Assembly (NCBI GenBank): GCA_017459895.1
Contig: JAFUCA010000003.1
Span: forward strand, 25,020 to 89,019
Reading direction: 5' to 3'
DNA: 64,000 nt
Origin: Bacillota bacterium
GTDB taxonomy: Bacteria; Bacillota; Clostridia; Peptostreptococcales; Anaerovoracaceae
Shown here: positions 29,105 to 38,210 of the stretch, piece by piece
How positions within the stretch are numbered: the first letter of the stretch is position 1
Layout: each line of letters begins with the position of its first letter
Notes under the pieces: generated by a model
Seen by the model: only the letters and a program-made list of their open reading frames with translations
What the model was told of the DNA's origin: nothing
Databases searched by the model: none
Made by a program: the position numbers and the translations under genes

Positions 29105-29143
29105 AAAAACGAAAAAGCCGATAATATTCCTATTAACGACTTT
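29105..29143 (-). terminator. Expression-platform terminator of the glycine riboswitch
   Basis: AAAGTCGTTAATA-GGAA-TATTATCGGCTTTTT followed by further T tracts. Confidence 0.65.
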
Positions 29144-29179
29144 CTCCAGAGAGTATGGGAGTTATCTTGTAACTACTGA

Positions 29180-29275
29180 CTCTGTCCTTTTGCCTGAGAG
29201 ATTGCTGCATTCCGGTCCGGTCTTCCAGCCGGGTCACAGCGTACACCTTCGGCGCTCCTAAGAGACTCTCCAGAG
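29180..29275 (-). ncRNA. Glycine riboswitch (single aptamer)
   Basis: CTCTGGAGAG...CGCCGAAGGTG...CTCTCAGGCAAAAGGACAGAG consensus upstream of an AGCS transporter. Confidence 0.9.
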
Positions 29276-29420
29276 AACGTAGTTCATATGTTCACGGCAG
29301 GTAAAATCTGCCATGATTCGTATAAACTTACACTAGAATACTATCACACCGTCCCATACCTGACAAGAAAAAATGGCTCATATATATTGTATACATGAAC
29401 CATTTTGCTCATATTTGCGG

Positions 29421-30494
29421 TTATTTCTTTACTTTCGAGTTATCGAGGATGAAATCCTGCACCTTCTCGTAGAGAAGCGTGATGTGGGCGTACTGCTCCA
29501 GCGTTCTGCCGGTATACTGCTGCACGGTCTCGTCATCATAGCCCTGTTTCTCGATCTCGTCCAGCTTGGCCTGCTTCTCGTCTTTCGAATAGGTCAGATT
29601 CTCTTTATCCGCGATGTATTCGGTCAGCAGCTCCTGCTTGATCAGCGTCTTCGTGCTGTCCTCGATGATGGACTTGACAGTCTTCTCGTCGTCGGCCCCG
29701 TACATCTGCTTCAGGATATCGCTGCGGCTCATGCCGTACTGCTGCGCCATCGTATCGATCTGGGCGTCAAACACCTTCTGATAGGCTTCCATCTCCTCCT
29801 CCGGATACTTCTTCACCTCGGTGTTCTCCAGCACATCCGACCAAAGGCTGTTCTTCTGCTCGGTCTTCGCCGTCTCTTCCTTCTCGTTGTAAATATCCTG
29901 TCTGATGGATTCCTCGTATTCCTCCTTCGTCTGGAAATCCGTGTTCTCCTTCACGAAGTCCACGGTATACTCCGGAATCTTCGGCCGGGTCGCCGAGTTG
30001 ATCTTGACCGTGAAGACCGCATCCTTGCCGGCAACCTTCTCTCCCTGATAATCATCCGGGAAATGCACCTTGACCTCGACGGATTCTCCGACCCTGTGTC
30101 CGATCAGTCCGTCCTCAAATCCCTCGATGAACTGACCGCTTCCCAGCTCCAGATCAAACCCCTGGCTGGCACCGCCGTCGAATTCCTTGCCGTCGACCTT
30201 GCCGGTATAATCGATGTTGGCCGTATCTCCCTTCTTTAGCTTCGTCTTCTCATCCAGCTTCTGATTCTCCTGCTTCTCCTTCAGGGCAGCCTCCACCTTC
30301 TCCTGGATTTCCTTCTCGCTGACCTTGATCTTGTAACCGTCGACCTCCAGACCCTTGTATTCGCCGACTGTGATGTAATCATCCAGATTCAGTCCGTCAT
30401 ACTGCATCTTCTCTCCGCCGCAGGCCGCAAGCCCCAGACAGAGAAAGACTCCGAGCAACATCATGCATCCCGTCCGTATCGTTCTTCGTTTCAT
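29421..30494 (-). CDS. Trigger-factor-like lipoprotein (FKBP PPIase + TF C-terminal domain)
   Basis: Signal peptide with LAAC lipobox; GEYKGLEV, GDTANIDYTGKVDGKEFDGG, LGSGQFIEGFEDGLIG, FPDDY; no ribosome-binding GFRxGxxP motif. Confidence 0.85.
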   Translation of the reverse strand: MKRRTIRTGCMMLLGVFLCLGLAACGGEKMQYDGLNLDDYITVGEYKGLEVDGYKIKVSEKEIQEKVEAALKEKQENQKLDEKTKLKKGDTANIDYTGKVDGKEFDGGASQGFDLELGSGQFIEGFEDGLIGHRVGESVEVKVHFPDDYQGEKVAGKDAVFTVKINSATRPKIPEYTVDFVKENTDFQTKEEYEESIRQDIYNEKEETAKTEQKNSLWSDVLENTEVKKYPEEEMEAYQKVFDAQIDTMAQQYGMSRSDILKQMYGADDEKTVKSIIEDSTKTLIKQELLTEYIADKENLTYSKDEKQAKLDEIEKQGYDDETVQQYTGRTLEQYAHITLLYEKVQDFILDNSKVKK

Positions 30495-30547
30495 TGTCTT
30501 CTCCTGTTTCTGTTTATCTGATGATTTATGATAACATTCAAGTATGT

Positions 30548-33160
30548 TCATTCTGTGTGCAAAGGCAGGACGATCCTGTTTTTGTTTTCCTGCTGACTCT
30601 GCCTCTGATGCGCCTGCAGAATTTCCCGGATCTGATCATTGATCTGGCTCACCTCGGCCTGAAGCTCCGATGCCGAGACCCGAAACGCATCGTTTCCCAG
30701 TATGATCATCTGCTCCAGACGGTCCGATGTGGCGACGCGGACATGAAACTTCCGCTTCATCTGATAACTCGCCCGCTCGATATAGGTGTCCGCCGTCTCC
30801 GCTTCCGCTGTGAACACCACCGTCACATTCCCGTGCTTCTCGGTGTGCTCCGTTCCACCCTTCACCTTATATGCGTCAAAGACCGCGATCACCTCGCACC
30901 TGCGAAACCCCTGATAGTTCTGAAGGATTTCGATCAGAGCCTGGCGAGCGGCATCAATGCTGATTTTTGACAGCTCCCGCAGCTCCTCCCAGGCGAAGAT
31001 GATGTTGTATCCGTCCACCAGAAGAATTTCAGGCAAAGGCTGGACGGGCTTTGGCGGGCGAACCTTCCGGGGAGCGGCCTCGATGACGCGGGCCGGCCGG
31101 CGCGGCCGCGTCTCGGATTTGCTGCCGTAGGTCTTCTCAAAGATCCGGTTCAGTTCCTTGTCGTCCGCCGCCGATAAGCTTCCGCCGGCAGTCGCGGGAG
31201 CATGCTCCGGCAGAGCCTCTTCCCGTGCTCCCACACGGACGTGCATCATCTCATCCGCTTCATCCCAGGGGACATTTCTGCCCGCTCCATGGGAGCAGAA
31301 CACTGAGTCCGCCGGATGCTCGATATCCCGGTCCGGATCGTATCCGGAGGCGGCGATCACCTCTGCTTCGTTCTGGCAGGGAGCAAATCCGCTGAAGGAG
31401 CAGGAAAAATGTCCATATCCCTTGGTATAGGAGGCCACCTCCGCCGCATATCCCCGCATCTGCCGCACCGGCGCGTTTCCGCGGATCCGTATCATTTCTC
31501 CGCCGGCCGTTTCCTCTGTCTGAAAGGAACCTCCCATGCGCTGAATATCCGCCATGGCCCTTCCGATCTGCTGCCCGGGAAGTTCAATGGTAAATTCATA
31601 CCAGGGTTCCAGAAGCCGGCACTTCGCCTTGCGCAGGCCCTGACGGACCGCGCGGCAGGTCGCCTGCCGGAAATCCCCCCCTTCGGTGTGCTTCAGGTGG
31701 GCTCTGCCCCCTTCGATGGTGATCCGCATATCTGTGATCGGTGCTCCCGTCAGAACGCCGGGGTGCTCCCGCTCCGTCAGGTGCGTCATGATCAATCTCT
31801 GCCAATTGGTGTCCAGATCATCGCTGCTGCAACCGGAGACAAATTCCAGTCCGCTTCCCTGAGGCAGGGGCTCCATCCGAAGGTGCACCTCCGCATAGTG
31901 GCGCAGCGGTTCGAAGTGTCCCGCACCCCGAACCGGCTCCAGAATCGTTTCTCTGTATTCGATCCTTCCTTCATCGAAGGCGGCTTCGATCCCGAACCGG
32001 TCCCAGAGCAGCTGCCGGAGGATCTCCAGCTGAATTTCGCCCATGAGCCGGATCTGAATCTCCTGCAGCGGCTCGATCCACCGGATATGAAGCTGCGGAT
32101 CCTCCTCCTGCAGCTGACGAAGCTGCTGCAGGACCAGGGGCACATTCGAGCCCTCCGGCAGGATCAGCCGGTAGATCAGAACCGGCTGGAGCATCGCCTT
32201 CTCGTGAAAGCCCAGCAGCGTTCCCAGACCCTGCCCCGCTTCGGTGTGCTGCAGTCCCGCCACCGCAACCAGCTGTCCCGCCTGGGCCGTTTCTGCCGTT
32301 TCAAACCTCTGGCCGGAATAGATCCGGATCTGATGGATCTTTTCTTCCTCCTCGGAGGCCGAGGTCCGGATCAGATCCCGCACCGAGATCCTTCCGCCGG
32401 TGATCTTCATATGGGTCAGCCGCGTGCCTTTGTCATCCCTCGTGATCCGAAACACCTTCGCCCGGAAGGAGTCCTCATAGACGGGCGTTCTCGTATACGC
32501 ATCCAGTCCCGCCAGAAGCTCCCGTACGCCCGCCTGATGCAGCGCCGATCCGAACCAGACCGGGAAGATCCTTCTTCTGCTGATCGCTGTGATGATCTCG
32601 CTTCGGGGCAGCTCCTCACCGGCCAGAAACCGGTCCAGCAGCCGCTCATCGCACATGGCCAGCTCCTCCGGATCCGGCCCGCCGTCAAAGCGCACGCAGC
32701 TGTCATCCAGCGCGCTCTTCACCCCGTCCATGGCCATCCCGGGATCCGTTCCCTCCAGGTCCATCTTGTTCACGAAGATAAACACCGGAATATGGTGCTT
32801 CTGCAGCAGTTTCCAGATGGTCAGTGTATGCCCCTGCACCAGCTGTCTTCCGCTGATCACCAGGACCGCCGCATCCAGAATGGACAGGGTCCGCTCCATC
32901 TCGGCACTGAAATCCACGTGTCCCGGCGTATCGACGAGGATCAGCTCGGTGCCTTCGGTCTGGATCTGCGCCTGGCCGGAGAAGATCGTGATTCCCCGCT
33001 TTCGCTCCTGAACATCGGTATCCAGAAAGGAATCCCCGTTATCGACCCGTCCAGCCTTTGGGATGACGCCCGAAACCGCCAGCATCGCCTCGGACAGGGT
33101 CGTCTTGCCGGCATCCACATGGGCCAGTATTCCGATTGTAATCCTCTTTTTCCCGCTCAT
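30548..33160 (-). CDS. EF-G/TetM-like translational GTPase fused to a C-terminal YacP/Rae1-type NYN ribonuclease domain
   Basis: AHVDAGKTT, RGITI, DTPGH, NKMD, EF-G-like domains III-V (MGEIQLEIL, LLEPWYEF); C-terminal LLVDGYNII...VFDAY...TADTYIE...VATSD. Confidence 0.9.
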   Translation of the reverse strand: MSGKKRITIGILAHVDAGKTTLSEAMLAVSGVIPKAGRVDNGDSFLDTDVQERKRGITIFSGQAQIQTEGTELILVDTPGHVDFSAEMERTLSILDAAVLVISGRQLVQGHTLTIWKLLQKHHIPVFIFVNKMDLEGTDPGMAMDGVKSALDDSCVRFDGGPDPEELAMCDERLLDRFLAGEELPRSEIITAISRRRIFPVWFGSALHQAGVRELLAGLDAYTRTPVYEDSFRAKVFRITRDDKGTRLTHMKITGGRISVRDLIRTSASEEEEKIHQIRIYSGQRFETAETAQAGQLVAVAGLQHTEAGQGLGTLLGFHEKAMLQPVLIYRLILPEGSNVPLVLQQLRQLQEEDPQLHIRWIEPLQEIQIRLMGEIQLEILRQLLWDRFGIEAAFDEGRIEYRETILEPVRGAGHFEPLRHYAEVHLRMEPLPQGSGLEFVSGCSSDDLDTNWQRLIMTHLTEREHPGVLTGAPITDMRITIEGGRAHLKHTEGGDFRQATCRAVRQGLRKAKCRLLEPWYEFTIELPGQQIGRAMADIQRMGGSFQTEETAGGEMIRIRGNAPVRQMRGYAAEVASYTKGYGHFSCSFSGFAPCQNEAEVIAASGYDPDRDIEHPADSVFCSHGAGRNVPWDEADEMMHVRVGAREEALPEHAPATAGGSLSAADDKELNRIFEKTYGSKSETRPRRPARVIEAAPRKVRPPKPVQPLPEILLVDGYNIIFAWEELRELSKISIDAARQALIEILQNYQGFRRCEVIAVFDAYKVKGGTEHTEKHGNVTVVFTAEAETADTYIERASYQMKRKFHVRVATSDRLEQMIILGNDAFRVSASELQAEVSQINDQIREILQAHQRQSQQENKNRIVLPLHTE

Positions 33161-33185
33161 AGACTACAGTATACCAGAAAAACAC

Positions 33186-33216
33186 AAAGACTCCGAACGG
33201 TTTTTCGGAGCCTTCG
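33186..33216 (-). terminator. Terminator after rplT
   Basis: GGCTCCGAA...TTCGGAGTC followed by TTTGTGTTTTT. Confidence 0.6.
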
Positions 33217-33244
33217 TGAGAAATATATGAATGATGACTGTGAT

Positions 33245-33598
33245 TTACAGTGCTGCCTTGGCTGTCTCACACAGCTTGGTGAAGCCCGCCGGATCGTTGA
33301 TGGCGATCTCGGACAGCATCTTGCGGTTGATGTCGATATTGGATTTCTTCAGACCATCGATCAGTCTGCTGTAGGACATGCCGTTCATTCTTGCCGCCGC
33401 GTTGATTCTGGCGATCCACAGCTTGCGGTATTCTCTCTTCTTGTTCTTGCGGCCGACATAAGCGGAGCGGAGCGCTCTCATGGTTGCCGGCTTAGCTGCT
33501 CTGTAAGTCGTGCTCTTGGATCCGTAGAATCCCTTCGCCATCTTCAGAACTTTTTTATGTCTCTTATGTGCGTTGACACCTTTCTTAACTCTTGCCAT
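33245..33598 (-). CDS. rplT: 50S ribosomal protein L20
   Basis: [26 protein letters not shown]. Confidence 0.99.
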   Translation of the reverse strand: MARVKKGVNAHKRHKKVLKMAKGFYGSKSTTYRAAKPATMRALRSAYVGRKNKKREYRKLWIARINAAARMNGMSYSRLIDGLKKSNIDINRKMLSEIAINDPAGFTKLCETAKAAL

Positions 33599-33609
33599 TG
33601 TATCCCTCC

Positions 33610-33810
33610 TTACTTGCTCAGTACTTCTTTGATTCTGCCCAGATCCGCACCTGTCAAAGTGGTAGCCTTTCTCAGGCCTCTCTTTCTCTTCTGGCTCTTC
33701 TTCGTAAGGATATGACTCTTGTATGCCTTATTTCTCTTAACCTTTCCTGAACCTGTCACTTTGAAACGTTTGCATGCGCCTCTATGAGACTTCATTTTGT
33801 TTTTTGCCAT
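33610..33810 (-). CDS. rpmI: 50S ribosomal protein L35
   Basis: [29 protein letters not shown]. Confidence 0.98.
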   Translation of the reverse strand: MAKNKMKSHRGACKRFKVTGSGKVKRNKAYKSHILTKKSQKRKRGLRKATTLTGADLGRIKEVLSK

Positions 33811-33835
33811 GTTGTCCCTCCTATAGTTACACTAA

Positions 33836-34351
33836 TTATTTATCTTTTTTTGGCGAAAGAGTCATCGTCAGGCTCCGTCCCTCGAACTTCGGTTTGCGGT
33901 CGACGGTGCCGACATCGGCAACAGCCTCTGCAAACTTGTCCATGACTTCCATGCCTCTCGCTACATAGTCACGCTCTCTGCCGCGGAACCGCAGACTGAC
34001 CTTCAGCTTGTCTCCATCCTTCAGGAATTTGGATGCAGTTTTTGCCTTTACCATGATGTCGTGATCCTCAATGAAGGTGGATAATCTGATTTCTTTGACC
34101 TGCATGGTCTTTTGCTTTTTTCTGGCTTCCTTCTCGCGCTTGCTCATCTCGTACTTGTACTTGCCGTAGTCGAGAATCTTGCAGACCGGCGGATTCGCCT
34201 TGGGCGCGATGCAGACCAGGTCGAGTTTTTTCTGCTCTGACAGATCCAGTGCCTCCTGGCGGCTCATGATGCCGAGCTGGGTTCCATCGGTATCGATGAC
34301 ACGCAGCTCTTTGCCACGAATTTCTTCGTTGATAAAAGCTTCTTTGCTAAT
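33836..34351 (-). CDS. infC: Translation initiation factor IF-3 with AUU start codon
   Basis: INEEIR, PPVCKILDYGKYKYE, RFRGRE; AGGAGGT SD followed 8 nt later by ATT at 34351. Confidence 0.96.
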   Translation of the reverse strand: MSKEAFINEEIRGKELRVIDTDGTQLGIMSRQEALDLSEQKKLDLVCIAPKANPPVCKILDYGKYKYEMSKREKEARKKQKTMQVKEIRLSTFIEDHDIMVKAKTASKFLKDGDKLKVSLRFRGRERDYVARGMEVMDKFAEAVADVGTVDRKPKFEGRSLTMTLSPKKDK

Positions 34352-34367
34352 TGTTCTGTACCTCCTG

Positions 34368-34484
34368 ACAAACAAACAGCGGACACAAAGTATCCGCTGC
34401 TCTAAACAAACCCCCCGCGGGGAATCGCTCGATATGAACCCAGGCGCCCATCGCCCCTAAGGTGAGAAGCGGATAACTTCTTCT
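34368..34484 (-). ncRNA. L20 ribosomal protein leader
   Basis: AGAAGTTATCCGCTTCTCACCT 5' motif and terminator-like GCAGCGGATAC/GTGTCCGCTGTTT hairpin upstream of infC-rpmI-rplT. Confidence 0.8.
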
Positions 34485-34529
34485 TCCTACCTCGAGTACT
34501 TTACCACAAGCGAAGCTCCATTGCAAGCA

Positions 34530-34781
34530 TTATTTTTCGAGGGGCTCCGCTAAGGCCAGCATCTCGTCCCACTCCGCCTTCAAAACCATTTTCAGACCCT
34601 GCAGGACGGTGATCGGAATGTGATGGCGCCCCATTTCGATCTGGGCGTAGATTTCCCGGCTCATGGGTAGCCCCATGAGCTGCAGCTTCTGAGATACCTG
34701 TTCCTGGGTCATGTCTGCCCTCAGTCTCAGTAATCTCAGATTCTGTCCAATATTCTGATCCTGTACGATACGCTGATCCAT
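34530..34781 (-). CDS. Small XRE-family helix-turn-helix protein
   Basis: IGQNLRLLRLRADMTQEQVSQKL...YAQIEMGR; GGGGAG SD. Confidence 0.85.
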   Translation of the reverse strand: MDQRIVQDQNIGQNLRLLRLRADMTQEQVSQKLQLMGLPMSREIYAQIEMGRHHIPITVLQGLKMVLKAEWDEMLALAEPLEK

Positions 34782-34964
34782 TGGTCGTCTCCCCTGCCTT
34801 GCCAAGCTTTCTGTATCGTTCGATTTTATCGAAGGGTTCTCCTTCGTTTGTTATGCTTTCGTAACATGGGGCGGATTTTTCCAAGGCCGGCTGCAGGGCT
34901 TGCAATTTTGTCCGGAAACCAATAAACTGTCAGTAACAGACTGACGCACCCGCAGGAGGGCCTT

Positions 34965-36362
34965 ATGATTCGATCCATGGAACAACTCAGCATCCGTCTC
35001 AAGGAGATCCTTCCCATCCTGGAGACCATCACCGATGCCGTATTTATAGATAATAATGAAGGAATCTGTCTCTGGTGCAACACCGCCTGCGAGGAGCTCT
35101 ACGATCTCGAAATCGACGAGATCGAGGGACGGACCGTAGACGAGCTGGAGCGGGAGGGTATCTTTTCCCCTTCTGTCACCAAGCGGGTCCTCCAGGAGAA
35201 CCGGGAGCTTACGATCATTCATGAGAACCGCCAGGGGCTGCGGCTTCTGACCACCGGAACCCCGATCTTCGACGATCAGGGGATCCTGCAGCTGATCATC
35301 ACCACGTCCAGAGACATCTCCGGCTTTACGATGAAGAAGCACGCGGGGGAAGAGCTCTCTCTGGTGGATGTCCGCAGTCTGGACGCCTCATCGCTCTCCT
35401 CCCCGGATACACCTGAACTGGGAGAACACGATATCGTCGCCTACAGCGCCCCGATGAAAAACGTCATCGCTCTGGCACGGCGGCTGGCTGCCGTCAACAC
35501 GACGGTCCTGATCACCGGCGAGTCCGGTGTCGGCAAGGGCCTTCTGGCCCGCACCCTCCACGAGGAAGGCACCCGCTGGAAGCAGCCCTTTGTGACGGTC
35601 AACTGCGGCGCCATTCCGGAGAATCTGATCGAGTCCGAGCTGTTCGGCTATGTTGCCGGTGCCTTTACCGGCTCCCGTTCCGGCGGCAAGCGCGGCTACT
35701 TCGAAGCGGCGCAGAACGGAACGATCTTTCTCGATGAGATCTCCGAGCTGCCCCTCAATCTTCAGGTCAAGCTCCTGCAGGTGATTCAGGAGAGGCAGAT
35801 CACACCGGTCGGCGCCGTGGATCCGATCCCGGTGGATGTCCGGATCATTTCCGCCACGAACCGCAATCTGGCGGACCTGGTGCAGGAAGGCAGATTCCGG
35901 GAAGACCTGTACTACCGGCTGAACGTCGTTCCCATCGAAGTACCCGCCCTGAGAGAGCGGACCGAGGACATCATCCCGCTGATCCGTCTGAACCTGGCCA
36001 AATACAACCAAAAGCTGGGGGAGCACAAGTCCATCAGCTCCGATGCGCTGTCGATCCTTCTGAAATATCCCTGGCCCGGAAACATCCGGGAGCTGCAGAA
36101 CATCGTCGAGCGTCTCGTCATTACAACCTCCTCCGATGTAATCACCGAGGACGATATCTTCATCTTTATTAAGGAAGCAGCCGAACAGAACACCAGTCCC
36201 GCCATCGACACTTCCCTTACCGCCGCCCTGGAGAAGGCCGAAAGGGAAATCCTTCGTCAGACCCTGGATCGGTACGGCTCCACACGGGCGATCGCGCGGG
36301 TGCTCCGCATCAGTCAGCCCACCGTCGTTCGGAAGCTTCAGAAGTACGGTCTGCACAAGTGA
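34965..36362 (+). CDS. PAS-domain sigma54-dependent transcriptional activator (RocR/PrdR-like bEBP)
   Basis: PAS N-terminus, GESGVGK, ESELFGY.GAFTGS, FLDEI, FREDLYYRLNV, WPGNIREL, C-terminal HTH. Confidence 0.95.
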   Translation: MIRSMEQLSIRLKEILPILETITDAVFIDNNEGICLWCNTACEELYDLEIDEIEGRTVDELEREGIFSPSVTKRVLQENRELTIIHENRQGLRLLTTGTPIFDDQGILQLIITTSRDISGFTMKKHAGEELSLVDVRSLDASSLSSPDTPELGEHDIVAYSAPMKNVIALARRLAAVNTTVLITGESGVGKGLLARTLHEEGTRWKQPFVTVNCGAIPENLIESELFGYVAGAFTGSRSGGKRGYFEAAQNGTIFLDEISELPLNLQVKLLQVIQERQITPVGAVDPIPVDVRIISATNRNLADLVQEGRFREDLYYRLNVVPIEVPALRERTEDIIPLIRLNLAKYNQKLGEHKSISSDALSILLKYPWPGNIRELQNIVERLVITTSSDVITEDDIFIFIKEAAEQNTSPAIDTSLTAALEKAEREILRQTLDRYGSTRAIARVLRISQPTVVRKLQKYGLHK

Positions 36363-36487
36363 TTCATCTTTGTATCACCGATTCATTTCTGAATCATTCA
36401 ACTGTTAGACTAGACTAACCGCAAATTTATCCTGTTTTCAGCGCCCTCCCCTGGGAGGGTCTTTTTATTTGATTCACATTTGAATCA
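36360..36487. promoter_or_regulatory. Three putative activator-binding sites, TGATTCA-N4-TGAATCA
   Basis: 36360-36377, 36379-36396 and a perfect copy at 36470-36487, 160-290 bp upstream of a sigma54 promoter. Confidence 0.75.
36443..36470 (+). terminator. Terminator after the activator gene
   Basis: GCCCTCCC-CT-GGGAGGGT followed by CTTTTTATTT. Confidence 0.55.
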
Positions 36488-36649
36488 AGCCTGGTGCCAT
36501 GCCCGACCGGTTCCCTTCCGTACGGCTTCCCCCAAGGTTTCGCTCCAGCTTTTGCACAAAGGCTGGAAAGCCTGCAATTCCAGCCTTTGCAGCGTCTTCC
36601 AATCGTGCCGCCGAAAAAAACACAGATTCATTGCGGTTCTGACACACAA

Positions 36650-36666
36650 TTGGCACATTCGTTGCT
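36650..36666 (+). promoter_or_regulatory. Sigma54 (-24/-12) promoter
   Basis: TTGGCAC-ATTCG-TTGCT fits the TGGCAC-N5-TTGC consensus. Confidence 0.88.
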
Positions 36667-36720
36667 TAATATATGGGTGTTTACAATAATTCTACAGTTA
36701 TTTTAAGGAGGACTTAGAAA

Positions 36721-38175
36721 ATGGCATCTACACCTGAAGAAAGAGCTGCTCGCAGAGCGGAAGCAGAAACTTACGTTGCAGGCCTGGTAGAGAAGGCAAG
36801 AGTTGCTCAGGCAGTCGCTGAGAAATTCACTCAGGAAGACGTTGATCTGATCACAGCTGCAGTTACCTACAACCTGACAAAGCCGGAAAAGGCTAAGAAG
36901 TATGCGGAAATGCTGGTTGAGGAATCCGGCATGGGTATCGCAGAAGACAAGGTCGGCAAGATCTACGGCAAGGTCTGGGGTTCCTACATCAAGATGAAGG
37001 ACAAGAAGTCCGTCGGTCTGGTTGACGACGCTCCGTCCGGTGGCCCTGGAATCACCGCTTATGCGAAGCCGATGGGCGTTGTTGCTGGCATCATGCCTGT
37101 TACCAACGGCGAAGCTACCCCGATCGTTAAGTCCAACATGGCTCTGAAGACAAGAAACGCGATCATTCTGGCACCCCACCCGAAGTGCAAGAAGCTCAAC
37201 GTTGAGATCGTTAACGAGATCAGAGCGACACTGAAGAAGCTGGGTTATCCGGAAGATCTGGTTCAGACCTGCGATCCGGAGCACGTTAATCTGGAAACTT
37301 CTCAGGAACTGATGAAGCAGTGCGACTTCATCCTGGCAACCGGCGGCGAAGCACTGGTTGAGACAGCTTACTCCTCCGGCACACCGGCAATCGGCGTTGG
37401 CGTTGGTAACTGCTGCTCCATCGTTACCGGCAAGACCCCGATGGCTGAGGTTGCGAACATGATCGTTACTTCCAAGAAGTATGACAACGCGACATCCTGC
37501 TCCACCGAGAACAACATCCTGGTTTATGAGGACTGCTTCGATGAGTTCGTCAAGGAAATGGAAGCTGCCGGCGCTTACATGTGCACCGAAGAAGAAGGCG
37601 AGAAGCTGAAGAAGTGCATGTGGCCGAACACTCCGAACGATCACGTACTGAACAGAGCAATCGTTGCTCAGAACGCTCAGAAGATCGCTGCTCTGGCTGA
37701 CATCGAGGTTCCGGAAGGCACCACCGTTCTGATGGCAATGGAAGAAGGCGCTGGCCTGGATCACCCGTTCGCAGGCGAGAAGCTCTCCCCGGTATCCGGC
37801 GTTCAGAAGGTTAAGGATCTGGACGATGCAATCGCTCGTATTCAGGACATCCTGAACTATCAGGGCAAGGGACACAGTGCTGGTATCCACACCAACGATC
37901 CGGCTGACGTCAAGGCAATCGCAGAAGTACTGCCGGTCACCAAGATTGCAGTCAACCAGCCGCAGTGCCTGACCAACTCCGGTGGCTGGAACACAGGATT
38001 CCCTGTTTCCATGACTCTGGGCTGCGCAACCTGGGGCGGCAACAGCGTATCCCACAACGCAACCTACAAGGATCTGCTGAACTACACCTATGTTTCCGAA
38101 GCGATTCCGAACTGGAAGCCGGAAAAGGTCGAAGATTTCATCGATGCGGACGTCATCGCCAAGGTAGACGCGTAA
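36721..38175 (+). CDS. CoA-acylating aldehyde dehydrogenase (SauS/AdhE-N/SucD-like)
   Basis: PMGVVAGIMPVTN, ALKTRNAII.PHP, LATGG, SSGTPAIGVGVGN, SKKYDNATSC, GEKLSPV, GHSAGIH, TLGCATWGGNS. Confidence 0.9.
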   Translation: MASTPEERAARRAEAETYVAGLVEKARVAQAVAEKFTQEDVDLITAAVTYNLTKPEKAKKYAEMLVEESGMGIAEDKVGKIYGKVWGSYIKMKDKKSVGLVDDAPSGGPGITAYAKPMGVVAGIMPVTNGEATPIVKSNMALKTRNAIILAPHPKCKKLNVEIVNEIRATLKKLGYPEDLVQTCDPEHVNLETSQELMKQCDFILATGGEALVETAYSSGTPAIGVGVGNCCSIVTGKTPMAEVANMIVTSKKYDNATSCSTENNILVYEDCFDEFVKEMEAAGAYMCTEEEGEKLKKCMWPNTPNDHVLNRAIVAQNAQKIAALADIEVPEGTTVLMAMEEGAGLDHPFAGEKLSPVSGVQKVKDLDDAIARIQDILNYQGKGHSAGIHTNDPADVKAIAEVLPVTKIAVNQPQCLTNSGGWNTGFPVSMTLGCATWGGNSVSHNATYKDLLNYTYVSEAIPNWKPEKVEDFIDADVIAKVDA

Positions 38176-38210
38176 GTGCATAAGATCGAAAATCGAAAGG
38201 AGATACTAAA

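Noticed and set aside
30548-33160. Calling the GTPase a true tet(M/O/W) resistance gene
   Set aside because: 870 aa with an extra NYN domain, host-like GC, no leader-peptide attenuator or conjugative element; resistance cannot be supported from the sequence
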